Source of the DNA: Kineococcus radiotolerans SRS30216 = ATCC BAA-149
GTDB taxonomy: Bacteria > Actinomycetota > Actinomycetes > Actinomycetales > Kineococcaceae
Length of the DNA stretch: 32,000 nucleotides
Direction: 5' to 3'
Assembly (NCBI RefSeq): GCF_000017305.1
Contig: NC_009664.2
Coordinates: 3,030,001 to 3,062,000, forward strand
The notes beneath the pieces are model-generated. The model had not been told where the DNA came from. It saw nothing but the letters and a program-made list of their open reading frames with translations, and did no database searches. A program made the position numbers and the translations under genes. This document shows positions 18,081-26,016 of this stretch, one piece after another (the first letter of the stretch is position 1; every line of letters starts with the position of its first letter).

Positions 18081-18096
18081 GTTCCCCCGGGGGAAC
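18081..18096. repeat. Perfect 16-bp palindrome GTTCCCCCGGGGGAAC in a 264-bp intergenic leader
   Basis: Read directly from the sequence. It lies 143 nt after the ABC operon stop and 107 nt before ATG 18203. Confidence 0.9.
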
Positions 18097-18202
18097 CTCC
18101 GCCGCAGACCGTGCCCAGCGGACGCCGCACCTCCGGTGTCCCTCACCGTTCCCCGTGCCGCCGGATCGCGGCCACCCCCGAAACAGTTCCAGGAGAACCA
18201 CC

Positions 18203-18718
18203 ATGGCCAGCACTCAGCCCCACGGCACCACCGACCGCCGTCCCGTCCGCACCGCCGGCAAGGCCGGTCTCGGTGTCGCCGCCGCCGGCATCGTCCTCTT
18301 CAACATCTCCCCGCTGCTGAACTGGGTGCAGATCGAGGGCACCGACGACCGCCGCACCGGTTACGAGACCGACTCCCTCGTGCCGTTCATCGCCTACCTG
18401 GGCCTCGGCCTGCTCGTCGCGATGGCCTACGCCGCCAAGCGCGCCCGCCGCGGGCAGCACCGCGGTCTGACCCTGGTGTCCATGGCCGTCGCCATCGCCG
18501 CGACGATCCAGTGCGTCGCCTTCGCCCTGAACCCGATGGGCGGCCTTGAGCGCGGGGACCTGCTGAGCACCCAGATCGGCGTGTTCGTGGGCATCCTCGG
18601 TGCGGCGATCTGGGCCGTCGGCTCCGGTCTGCTCGCCAAGGAGGTCGAGGGTGACGACGCCGACCACGACGTCGACGTGCGCACCTCCGCCTCCGAGCAG
18701 CGCTCCGCCCGCGCCTGA
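18203..18718 (+). CDS. Small integral membrane protein (about 4 TM), function unknown
   Basis: ATG 18203 in ORF 17942..18718, with SD AGGAGA 7 nt upstream. Hydrophobic helices include GLGVAAAGIVLFNI, FIAYLGLGLLVAMAYA, LTLVSMAVAIAATIQCVAFAL and IGVFVGILGAAIWAVGSGLL. The C-terminal tail is acidic. Confidence 0.7.
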   Translation: MASTQPHGTTDRRPVRTAGKAGLGVAAAGIVLFNISPLLNWVQIEGTDDRRTGYETDSLVPFIAYLGLGLLVAMAYAAKRARRGQHRGLTLVSMAVAIAATIQCVAFALNPMGGLERGDLLSTQIGVFVGILGAAIWAVGSGLLAKEVEGDDADHDVDVRTSASEQRSARA

Positions 18719-18725
18719 TCCCACC

Positions 18726-18796
18726 GGTCGCGCCGCGGCGCGACCCCCCGAGCCGGTCCCCGGCACCCGGTCCTCCCGGGTGCGGGGGGCCGGCTC
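18726..18796 (+). terminator. Two consecutive GC-rich hairpins right after the 18718 stop (intrinsic-terminator-like, no U tract)
   Basis: Hairpin 1 pairs ggtcgcgcc with ggcgcgacc (18726..18745). Hairpin 2 pairs gagccggtccccggcacccgg (18750..18770) with ccgggtgcggggggccggctc (18776..18796). In hairpin 2, 19 of 21 positions pair and the loop is tcctc. Confidence 0.5.
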
Positions 18797-18874
18797 GTCG
18801 TCGTCCTGGTGCGCGGGCGCGGCCCGTGGAACGATCCGGTCCTCGCCCGATCGACCCCGGAGGGGACCCACCGG

Positions 18875-19648
18875 ATGGACCGGTTGCCGCTGCTCGACCC
18901 CACGGCCGCCCCGTTCGCCGACGACTTCACCGCCGGCTCCCCCGACCCGGGGCGCTGGGTGGACCACTACCTGCCGCACTGGACCACCCCGGACCGGTCG
19001 CGGGCGCGGTGCGCGCCCACCCCCGGCGGGCTGGAGCTGCGCATCGAGGCCGACCAGCCGGACTGGCGTCCCGAGGACGCCCCGCTGCGGGTCTCGAACC
19101 TGCAGACGGCCACGTTCTCCGGGCCGGCGGGCTCCACGCGCGGCACCCACCGCCACCGCCCCGACGGCCTGACCGTGCGGACCCCCACCCCCACCCGGCT
19201 GCTGTGGGCGCCGCGGGAGGGGCAGGTCGACGTGCGGGTCACCGCGAGCCTGGACCGCGGCTGCATGCTCGCCGTCTGGCTGGTGGGCACCGAGCACGAG
19301 TCGCCCGGCGACAGCGGGGAGGTCTGCGTCTGCGAGATCGACGCCGACGCCGTGGGGGAGACCTCGACGCGGGTGCGCACCGGGGTGAAGGCGCACCACG
19401 ACCCCCGGCTGCGGACCGAGGTGACCGAGGTCGTCGTCCCCGTCGGGGCCGGGCAGGCGCACTGGTGGTCCGCCCGCTGGAACGCCTCGGGGGTGGTCGT
19501 CGCCTGCGACGAGCGGGTGGTGTTCACCTCGGCCCAGCACGTCCGGGGACCCCAGCAGCTCATGGTCGACCTCTTCGAGGTCGTCGCGCCCGGGCCGGCG
19601 GGGGAGTACCCGAAGACCGCCGTCGTGCACGCGGTCAGGGGGAGCTGA
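18875..19648 (+). CDS. Concanavalin A-like lectin/glucanase (GH16-like) domain protein, no signal peptide seen
   Basis: ATG 18875 in ORF 18809..19648, with SD GGAGGGGA upstream. CMLAVWLVGTEHESPGDSGEVCVCEIDA resembles the GH16 W..FWL...GEIDI.E region, but the catalytic motif is not canonical. Confidence 0.55.
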   Translation: MDRLPLLDPTAAPFADDFTAGSPDPGRWVDHYLPHWTTPDRSRARCAPTPGGLELRIEADQPDWRPEDAPLRVSNLQTATFSGPAGSTRGTHRHRPDGLTVRTPTPTRLLWAPREGQVDVRVTASLDRGCMLAVWLVGTEHESPGDSGEVCVCEIDADAVGETSTRVRTGVKAHHDPRLRTEVTEVVVPVGAGQAHWWSARWNASGVVVACDERVVFTSAQHVRGPQQLMVDLFEVVAPGPAGEYPKTAVVHAVRGS

Positions 19649-19663
19649 CGGCGGCCGGGACGG

Positions 19664-20605
19664 TCAGGGGGTGGCGTCGGGGCGCTCGGCGGCGACGCGG
19701 CGCAGCTCCTCCAGGACGGCCGCGGTGGGGGCGTCGGAACCGCGCCCGGCCCGGGTGGCGGCGTAGATCGACCGGGCCGGGCTCGGCCCCGCCAGCGGCA
19801 GGACGCGCAGCCCCTCCGGGCGCAGCGGGTGGGCCAGGCGCGGGATCAGCGCCACCCCGGCCCCGGCGGCGACCAGCGCGGCCAGCGCGTCCCAGTCCTG
19901 GGTGTGGTGGCGCACGTCGGGGGCGAAGCCCGCGGTGGCGCAGGCGGCCAGGGTGATCTGGGCGCACGCGTCGTCGCTGGCCGCGGCCACCCACCCGTCG
20001 CGGGCCAGGGCGGCCAGCTCCACCTCCTCGCGCCCGGCCAGCGGGTGGTCGGTGGGCACGAGGACGTCGAGGACGTCGGTGAGCAGGTCGACCCGGTCGT
20101 AGCGGGCGTCGTCGCGGCGCGGGCCGCCGGGGTGGTCCACGCAGACGACGACGTCGAGGTCGCCCGCGTCGAGGCCGACGAGGGCGGAGACCGGCTCGCG
20201 CTCGCGCACCAGCAGGCGCAGCCCCGGCCGGTCGCGGTGCAGGCGCCGCAGCGCCGGTCCCACGACGGCGGCGATCGCGCTGGCCAGCGACCCGATGCGG
20301 ACCTCCCCGACCACCCCGGCGTCGAAGGCCAGCAGGTCCGCGCGGGCCATCTCCAGCTGCGCGGCGACGGCGTCGGCGTGGGCGAGCAGCACCCGGCCCT
20401 GGCCGGTCAGGCGCACCCCGCGGCCGACCCGTTCCAGCAGCGGGACGTCCAGCTCGCGGGCCAGCCCGGCCAGCTGCTGGGAGACCGCGGACGGGGTCAG
20501 GTGCAGGGCGGTGGCGGTCGCGGCGACCGTCCCGCGCCGGTCCACCTCGCGCAGCAGGCGGAGGCGGCGGAGGTCGATCGTGAAGTTCTCGCTGTCGACA
20601 CTCAT
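19664..20605 (-). CDS. LysR-family transcriptional regulator
   Basis: ORF track 19664..20605 (313 aa). It has the N-terminal wHTH LRLLREVDRRGTVAATATALHLTPSAVSQQLAGLAREL and a LysR substrate-binding body. It is divergent from the EamA gene. Confidence 0.9.
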   Translation of the reverse strand: MSVDSENFTIDLRRLRLLREVDRRGTVAATATALHLTPSAVSQQLAGLARELDVPLLERVGRGVRLTGQGRVLLAHADAVAAQLEMARADLLAFDAGVVGEVRIGSLASAIAAVVGPALRRLHRDRPGLRLLVREREPVSALVGLDAGDLDVVVCVDHPGGPRRDDARYDRVDLLTDVLDVLVPTDHPLAGREEVELAALARDGWVAAASDDACAQITLAACATAGFAPDVRHHTQDWDALAALVAAGAGVALIPRLAHPLRPEGLRVLPLAGPSPARSIYAATRAGRGSDAPTAAVLEELRRVAAERPDATP

Positions 20606-20611
20606 GAGAAA

Positions 20612-20617
20612 ACTCTA
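20612..20617 (-). promoter_or_regulatory. -10-like hexamer TAGAGT, 6 nt upstream of the LysR ATG (leaderless candidate)
   Basis: The minus strand reads TAGAGT-tttctc-ATG(20605). The hexamer lies inside the imperfect palindrome ACTCTAGCTGGACT (20612..20625), which could double as a LysR-type operator. Confidence 0.4.
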
Positions 20618-20655
20618 GCTGGACTGAACGGTTCGGGGGAGAGCACGATCGGGGG

Positions 20656-21570
20656 GTGACCCGCCGCGCCGCCCTGATGTTCGCCGCCCTGGGCTTCGCC
20701 TGGGGCATCCCGTACCTGCTCATCAAGGTCGTCGGGGAGGAGCTCCCGCCCTCCACCCTGGTCCTGGCCCGGACGGCCCTGGCCGCCCTCGTCCTCGCCC
20801 CGATCGCGCTCTCGCGCAAGGACGTCCGCGCCGGCCTGCCCGACCTGCTGCGCCGCTGGCCGGCCCTGGCCGCCTACACCGGGTTCGAGATCGTCGGGCC
20901 GTGGCTGTTCCTGGCCCGCGCCGAGCAGGACCTGCCGAGCTCGACGACGGCGGTCGTCATCTCCGCCGTCCCCGTCGTGGGGGTCCTCGTCGCCTTCGCC
21001 GGGGGCCGCGCCGAGCGCCTGGGCCGCACCGGCTGGACCGGGCTGGCCCTGGGCACCCTGGGGGTCGCGACCCTCGTCGGGTTCGACCTGGTGCCCGGGC
21101 AGTTCGGCGCCGTCGCGGAACTCGCCGTGGTCGTCGTCGGCTACGCCGTGGGCCCGGCCGTGCTCTCGCGCCACCTCGGCGACCTGCCCGGCACCACGGT
21201 CGTCCTGGCCAGCCTCGTCCTGGCCGCGCTGGTCTACGTCCCGGTCGTGCTGCTGGGCCCCGGGCTGCCCGCCGCGCTGCCCTCGGGGCAGGTCGTGGCC
21301 TCGCTCGTCGTGCTGGCCGTGGTGTGCACCGCGGGGGCGTTCCTGCTGCTCTTCGCCCTCATCGGGGAGATGGGCCCGGTGCGCGCCACCGCGATCGTCT
21401 ACGTCAACCCCGTCGTCGCCGTCCTCGCCGGCGCCGTCGTGCTCGGGGAGCGCATCACCGCGACCACCCTCGCCGGGTTCGCCCTCGTCCTCGCCGGGTC
21501 CTTCCTCGCCACCCGGAAGCCCGCGAACCGGCCCGAGCAGCCCGCGGCCCCCCTTACCGTGGAGGTGTGA
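20656..21570 (+). CDS. EamA/DMT-superfamily transporter
   Basis: ORF track 20656..21570 (304 aa), GTG start (alternative ATG 20677). It has 10 TM segments in two EamA-like halves, and GFAWGIPYLLIKV at the N-terminus. Confidence 0.85.
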   Translation: MTRRAALMFAALGFAWGIPYLLIKVVGEELPPSTLVLARTALAALVLAPIALSRKDVRAGLPDLLRRWPALAAYTGFEIVGPWLFLARAEQDLPSSTTAVVISAVPVVGVLVAFAGGRAERLGRTGWTGLALGTLGVATLVGFDLVPGQFGAVAELAVVVVGYAVGPAVLSRHLGDLPGTTVVLASLVLAALVYVPVVLLGPGLPAALPSGQVVASLVVLAVVCTAGAFLLLFALIGEMGPVRATAIVYVNPVVAVLAGAVVLGERITATTLAGFALVLAGSFLATRKPANRPEQPAAPLTVEV

Positions 21571-22586
21571 CCGCAGGGGTGACCGCCGACGCCGCCGGGG
21601 CGGCCCCCGCGGCCCCCGCGAGCGGGCCCGACGGCGAGCTGCGCTGGCGGCCCGGCCGTCCCGTCCCCGTCGCCACGACCCTCACCGCCCTGCGCCGCGG
21701 GTCCGGGGACCCCACCTTCCGCCGCGACCCCGACGGCACCGTCTGGCGCGCCACCCGCACCCCGCACGGGCCCGTCCTGCTGCGCGTGCGGGCCCGCCCC
21801 GCCGACGGCGAGGTCGAGGCGCAGGCGTGGGGCCCCGGCTCCGACTGGGCCCTGGACGGCGTGCCGGACCTGCTGGGGGCCGCCGACGACACCCACGCCG
21901 ACTTCGTGCCCCGCCCCGAGCACACCGCCCTCGTGCAGGCGTGGCGGGCGCACCGGCACTGGCGGGTCATCCGCACCCGCGCCGTCTTCGAGGCGCTGTC
22001 CGCCTCCGCCCTGGAGCAGGTCGTCACCACCGTCGAGGCCTTCGCGGGGTGGCGCCGGCTGGTGCAGCGCTTCGGCGAACCCGCCCCCGGCCCCGCCGGG
22101 CTGACCCTCAGCCCCACCCCGCAGCAGTGGCTGCGGATCCCGTCCTGGGAGTGGCTGCAGGCCGGGGTGGAGCTGCGCCGGCGGAAGGTCACCATCCTCG
22201 CCGCGCCCCGCGCCGGCGGGCTGGAGCGCACCCTGGCCATGGCGCCCGAGGCCGCCGACGCCGCGCTGCGCTCGCTGCCCGGGATCGGGGTGTGGACCTC
22301 GGCGGAGGTGCGCCAGCGCGCCCACGGGCACGCCGACGCGTTCAGCTTCGGGGACCTGCACGTCCCCGGCAACGTCTCCTGGGCGCTGACCGGGGAGGTC
22401 CTCGACGACGCCGGCTGCGCCGAGCTCATCGAGTGCTACCGCGGGCACCGGTTCCGGGTGCAGAAGCTGCTGCAGCTCGCCGGGCACCAGCGCCCGCGGC
22501 GCGGGCCGCGGGCGACGCTGCCCACCCACACCCCGAACCGGGCGCTGGGCTCAGCGCGCCGGCCGGGCCACCGCGCGCACGGGTGA
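21567..22586 (+). CDS. HhH-GPD superfamily DNA glycosylase (DNA-3-methyladenine glycosylase 2 / AlkA-like)
   Basis: In-frame GTG 21567 in ORF 20901..22586, with a GTGA overlap onto the EamA stop. The helix-hairpin-helix is LRSLPGIGVWTSAEV, followed by FSFGDLHV carrying the candidate catalytic Asp. The 3' end overlaps the convergent cyclase gene by 36 nt. Confidence 0.8.
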   Translation: MTAGVTADAAGAAPAAPASGPDGELRWRPGRPVPVATTLTALRRGSGDPTFRRDPDGTVWRATRTPHGPVLLRVRARPADGEVEAQAWGPGSDWALDGVPDLLGAADDTHADFVPRPEHTALVQAWRAHRHWRVIRTRAVFEALSASALEQVVTTVEAFAGWRRLVQRFGEPAPGPAGLTLSPTPQQWLRIPSWEWLQAGVELRRRKVTILAAPRAGGLERTLAMAPEAADAALRSLPGIGVWTSAEVRQRAHGHADAFSFGDLHVPGNVSWALTGEVLDDAGCAELIECYRGHRFRVQKLLQLAGHQRPRRGPRATLPTHTPNRALGSARRPGHRAHG

Positions 22587-23174
22587 GCCGTCCCCGCCCG
22601 TCAGCGCCCAGCCGAACGCGCAGAACTCCACCTCCGCCGGCAGGCCCTCCAGGCCGCGCAGGTTCTCCACCACCACCCCCGGGTCGGGGCGGGTGCCCAG
22701 CAGGACCCGGTGCGCGGCCAGCGTCCCCGGCCCGTCCACGCTCGCGGCGTCGATCCCGGTGGTCCGCGTCCCGCCCGCGCGCAGGGCCCGCGCCGCCGCC
22801 GCGGTGAGGAACGGGTGGTCGAACTCCCGGCCGGTGCCGGCGAACCCGTCCCACCCGGTGCGCAGCAGCACGATCCGCGCGCCCGCGGCCGGGCGCACGT
22901 CCTCCGCCTCGATCACCGCGCGACCGCGCACGTCGAGGACGAGGGCGGTCCCGCTGAACAGCTCCAGCGGCAGCTCCTCGACGGTGGGGCCGCCGGGGAC
23001 GACGTGCGCGGGGGCGTCGACGTGGGTCCCCGTGTGGGTGCCCAGGTGCAGCCGGGTGACGGCGAACCCGTCCCCGGCCACCGTCGCGGCGGGCTCGGCC
23101 GCGAACCCCGGGTCGCCGGGGAACACCGGCATCCCGGGCCCCACCGGGCGGCTGAGGTCCACCCACCGCGTCAC
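22551..23174 (-). CDS. Cyclase-family protein (kynurenine formamidase-like, PF04199-type)
   Basis: ORF track 22551..23174 (207 aa), GTG start. It has the metal-binding signature HLGTHTGTHVDAPAH. It starts 7 nt downstream of the cofE stop on the same strand. Confidence 0.85.
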   Translation of the reverse strand: MTRWVDLSRPVGPGMPVFPGDPGFAAEPAATVAGDGFAVTRLHLGTHTGTHVDAPAHVVPGGPTVEELPLELFSGTALVLDVRGRAVIEAEDVRPAAGARIVLLRTGWDGFAGTGREFDHPFLTAAAARALRAGGTRTTGIDAASVDGPGTLAAHRVLLGTRPDPGVVVENLRGLEGLPAEVEFCAFGWALTGGDGSPVRAVARPAR

Positions 23175-23181
23175 GGCCGGC

Positions 23182-24237
23182 TCAGCGGGGCAGCTCGACG
23201 ACGCGGACGAGGACGCCGCCGTCCCCGGGGTCGCGGTCCACCAGCCCGACGAGGGACTCCGTCCACACCGCCGCCAGCACGCGCTGGGTGAGCACCCCGA
23301 GGGTGAAGTCGTCCTCGGCGCTCAGCCGCAGCGCCGGGCCCGTCCCGTCGTCCTCGACGGCCACCGAGGCCCCGGCGCCCGGCCCGGCGGCGCAGGCGAC
23401 CTCCGCGGCCCGCCCGAGGCGCTCCTCCAGGGTCCCCGGCTCGATCGGCGGGGGCTCCACCGACCCCGCCCCCAGGGCGGCGCGGACGGCCTCGACGTGC
23501 CCGAGGCGGAACCAGTCGCCCGCCGCGGTGCGGACCAGCGACCGCGCCCCGGGGGCGTCCACGGAGGCGTCGAGCACGAGCTCGCCCAGCCCGCGGATGA
23601 GGGCGGCGGGGACCCCGGAGGTCTTCCCCTTCACCAGGTCGGCCGCGGCGGCGATCTCGTCCACGACGGCCCGGGCGGTGACGGTGAGGGTGCGCCCGGA
23701 GGTGTCGGTCCGCCCGCGCAGGTCGTCCAGGACGTCCAGGCCCGCGCTGCCCAGCGCGAAGTCGGTCTGGCCGGCGCGCCAGGGCCGGCCCGCGGTGTCG
23801 GTGACGACGACGCCCACGGTCGCGCCGGTCAGCTCCCGCAGCCGGTCGCGCAGGGCCCGCGCCGCCGCGTCCGCGTCGTGGGGCAGCAGCAGCACGACGT
23901 CGCCGACGACGTTGGAGGCGTCGACGCCGGCGGCGGCCATCACCGGGCCGGCCGCGGCCTCCACGACGCGCGCGGTGCCGTGCGGGGTGCGCCGGGCGGC
24001 GACGAGGCGGCGGGACTCCCGCAGCACCACCTCCTCGCGCTCGCTCGCGGGGGCGGTGAGCCCGGCGGCCTTGGAGAGCACCTTGCTGGAGACGGCGACG
24101 ACGTCGCCCTCGCCGAGGGAGGTCCGCTGGGCGTGCAGGGCGTCGACGAGCAGCCCGGCGACGTCGTCGCCGGCCACCACCTCCCCGATCCCGGGGATGC
24201 CGACGACCTGGAGGCTGCTGGACAGGCTCCCGCTCAC
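23182..24237 (-). CDS. cofE: Coenzyme F420-0:L-glutamate ligase (CofE / FbiB N-terminal-type), 351 aa
   Basis: In-frame GTG 24237 in ORF 23182..25272, with a GTGA overlap onto the cofD stop. It has GDVVAVSSKVLSKAAG, AAAGVDASNV, VVTDTAGRPWRAGQTDFALG and AADLVKGKTSGVPAALIRG. Confidence 0.85.
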   Translation of the reverse strand: MSGSLSSSLQVVGIPGIGEVVAGDDVAGLLVDALHAQRTSLGEGDVVAVSSKVLSKAAGLTAPASEREEVVLRESRRLVAARRTPHGTARVVEAAAGPVMAAAGVDASNVVGDVVLLLPHDADAAARALRDRLRELTGATVGVVVTDTAGRPWRAGQTDFALGSAGLDVLDDLRGRTDTSGRTLTVTARAVVDEIAAAADLVKGKTSGVPAALIRGLGELVLDASVDAPGARSLVRTAAGDWFRLGHVEAVRAALGAGSVEPPPIEPGTLEERLGRAAEVACAAGPGAGASVAVEDDGTGPALRLSAEDDFTLGVLTQRVLAAVWTESLVGLVDRDPGDGGVLVRVVELPR

Positions 24238-25250
24238 GCGGCGGGCTCCTTCCGGTCGAGCTCGAGGGCGAGGTCGAGGGCGGCGCCGGCGAGGTCGGCG
24301 GTGGCGCGCGGGGAGCTCATGAGCAGCGGCCGCCGACGCACCACCAGGCCCGGGCGCCGCGGGGGCTCGTCCTCCTCCGCGATCAGCCAGCCGTCGAGGA
24401 AGTCGTCGTAGAGCCCGGCGACGGCGGCCGCGGTGGTGGGGACGCCGATCGCGCTCAGGCAGGCGTCGGCCATGCCGCGCACGGGGGCCCCGGCCACGAC
24501 GGGGGAGACGCCGACGACGGGGGCGGGGGCGGCGACGAGGGCGTCGCGGATCCCGGGGACCTGCAGGACCGTGCCGATGGAGACGACGGGGTTGCTCGGG
24601 GGGAGCACGACGACGTCGGCCTCGCGCAGCGCCTCGAGGACCCCGGGGGCGGGGCGGGACGCGGCGGCGCCGACGGCCTCGATGCGCACCGCCGGCACCG
24701 CGGCGTGCAGGCGCACCCACCACTCCTGGAAGTGCACCCGGCGGGTGGCGCCGCCCGGCCCGTCGGCGAGGTCGACGTGGGTCTCGACGCGGTCGTCGGT
24801 CATCGGCAGCAGCCGCGCGCCGGGCTGCCAGCGCTCGCACAGGCGCGCGGTGACCTCGGAGAGCGTGGCGCCCTCGGCGAGCATCCGGGTGCGGATGACG
24901 TGGGTGGCGATGTCCTTGTCGCCGAGGGTGAACCAGGACGGTCCCTCCCCGTGGGCGGCCAGCTCGCCGGCGACCCCGTAGCTCTCCTGCGCCCGCCCCC
25001 AGCCGCGGGCCTCGTCGATGCCGCCGCCGAGGGTGTACATCACGGAGTCGAGGTCGGGGGAGATGCGCAGGCCGTGCAGGGTGACGTCGTCGGCGGTGTT
25101 GACGACGACGGTGACCCGGGCGTCCCGGCGCGCGGGGTCCTCCGCGGAGCGCAGGTGGGCCAGCAGCCCGCGCAGGAAGCGGGCACCGCCGACGCCGCCG
25201 GCGAGGGCGGTGATCTGCAGGGGACGGGAGTCGCTCACGGGCGCCATCAT
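24234..25250 (-). CDS. cofD: 2-phospho-L-lactate (or EPPG) transferase, F420 biosynthesis
   Basis: ATG 25250 in ORF 24234..25418. It has [57 protein letters not shown] and [11 protein letters not shown]. Confidence 0.9.
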   Translation of the reverse strand: MMAPVSDSRPLQITALAGGVGGARFLRGLLAHLRSAEDPARRDARVTVVVNTADDVTLHGLRISPDLDSVMYTLGGGIDEARGWGRAQESYGVAGELAAHGEGPSWFTLGDKDIATHVIRTRMLAEGATLSEVTARLCERWQPGARLLPMTDDRVETHVDLADGPGGATRRVHFQEWWVRLHAAVPAVRIEAVGAAASRPAPGVLEALREADVVVLPPSNPVVSIGTVLQVPGIRDALVAAPAPVVGVSPVVAGAPVRGMADACLSAIGVPTTAAAVAGLYDDFLDGWLIAEEDEPPRRPGLVVRRRPLLMSSPRATADLAGAALDLALELDRKEPAA

Positions 25251-25341
25251 CCCCCGTCGCGGGGTCCCCCACCCGGCTGGCTCCGCGGGGCGGCTGGGAC
25301 CCGGGGGGCTCCTGGGGTGCGGGGTGGCGGGAGGGGCGGGT

Positions 25342-25389
25342 GAATTACCACGCTGAGCTTGACTCTGGAGGACGACACGCGTGTAATTC
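25342..25389. promoter_or_regulatory. Imperfect inverted repeat GAATTACCACGC ... GCGTGTAATTC bracketing the whiB promoter (candidate operator)
   Basis: The left arm is 25342..25353 and the right arm 25379..25389. They are complementary apart from a 1-nt indel. The repeat encloses the -35 and overlaps the -10, and lies in the most AT-rich patch of the window. Confidence 0.5.
25359..25387 (+). promoter_or_regulatory. Sigma-70 (HrdB/SigA)-type promoter for whiB: TTGACT-17 nt-TGTAAT
   Basis: TTGACT is at 25359..25364 and TGTAAT at 25382..25387, with a 17-nt spacer. The predicted TSS is near 25394, giving a 5'UTR of about 50-60 nt. Confidence 0.6.
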
Positions 25390-25444
25390 GACCAGTGGTG
25401 GTCCTGGGTGACTGGCACATCACGCGGAGTGACAGACCGAGGCT

Positions 25445-25924
25445 GTGGGGGCCACCATGAGTGACGACTTCGAGTCCATCGACGACCTCTCGCGACCGCG
25501 GACGGGGGCCGGCCCCGTCGTCCACCTGGGCCTGGTGCCCCCGCTGCCCGCGCCGGACCGCGCCGCGGGCCTCGTCACCGGCGAGGACGCCGAGCTCGAC
25601 GAGGACGGCGAGGACGACGGCCCCCTCGGCCCCGACGGCCGCCCCGAGCTGTCCCTGGTGGACATGACCGGCGGGCTGACCGGGCTGTCCGGGCTCACCC
25701 CCGAGGACCCGGGCTGGGCCGAGCTGGCCCTGTGCGCGCAGACCGACCCCGAGGCGTTCTTCCCCGAGAAGGGCGGCTCCACCCGCGAGGCCAAGCGCGT
25801 CTGCCAGTCCTGCGAGGTCCGCCAGGAGTGCCTGGAGTACGCGCTGGGCAACGACGAGCGCTTCGGCATCTGGGGCGGGCTCTCCGAGCGCGAGCGCCGC
25901 CGCCTCAAGCGCCACATCGGCTGA
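25445..25924 (+). CDS. whiB: WhiB-family transcription factor (WhiB/WhiB2/WhmD type) with an acidic N-terminal extension
   Basis: ORF track 25445..25924 (GTG; alternative ATG 25457). It has the four-Cys Fe-S motif WAELALCAQTDPEAFFPEKGGS...AKRVCQSCEVRQECLEYAL plus GIWGGLSERERRRLKR. Confidence 0.9.
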   Translation: MGATMSDDFESIDDLSRPRTGAGPVVHLGLVPPLPAPDRAAGLVTGEDAELDEDGEDDGPLGPDGRPELSLVDMTGGLTGLSGLTPEDPGWAELALCAQTDPEAFFPEKGGSTREAKRVCQSCEVRQECLEYALGNDERFGIWGGLSERERRRLKRHIG

Positions 25925-26016
25925 CACCCGCCGGCACCGGCTGAAGGAACGGCCCCGACCTGCCGAGAGAGCAGGGTGGGGGGCCGCCGGTCCCCGTGGA
26001 GCACGGGGAGGTACCG

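Noticed and set aside
18851-18877. GGAGGGGACCCA just upstream of ATG 18875 resembles the GGGGACCCA core of the ydaO (c-di-AMP) riboswitch
   Set aside because: The rest of the ydaO consensus is absent from 18719..18874: there is no second pseudo-symmetric half and no CCGACAGCUAACCUCGUA-like 3' element. The motif is more simply the Shine-Dalgarno sequence.
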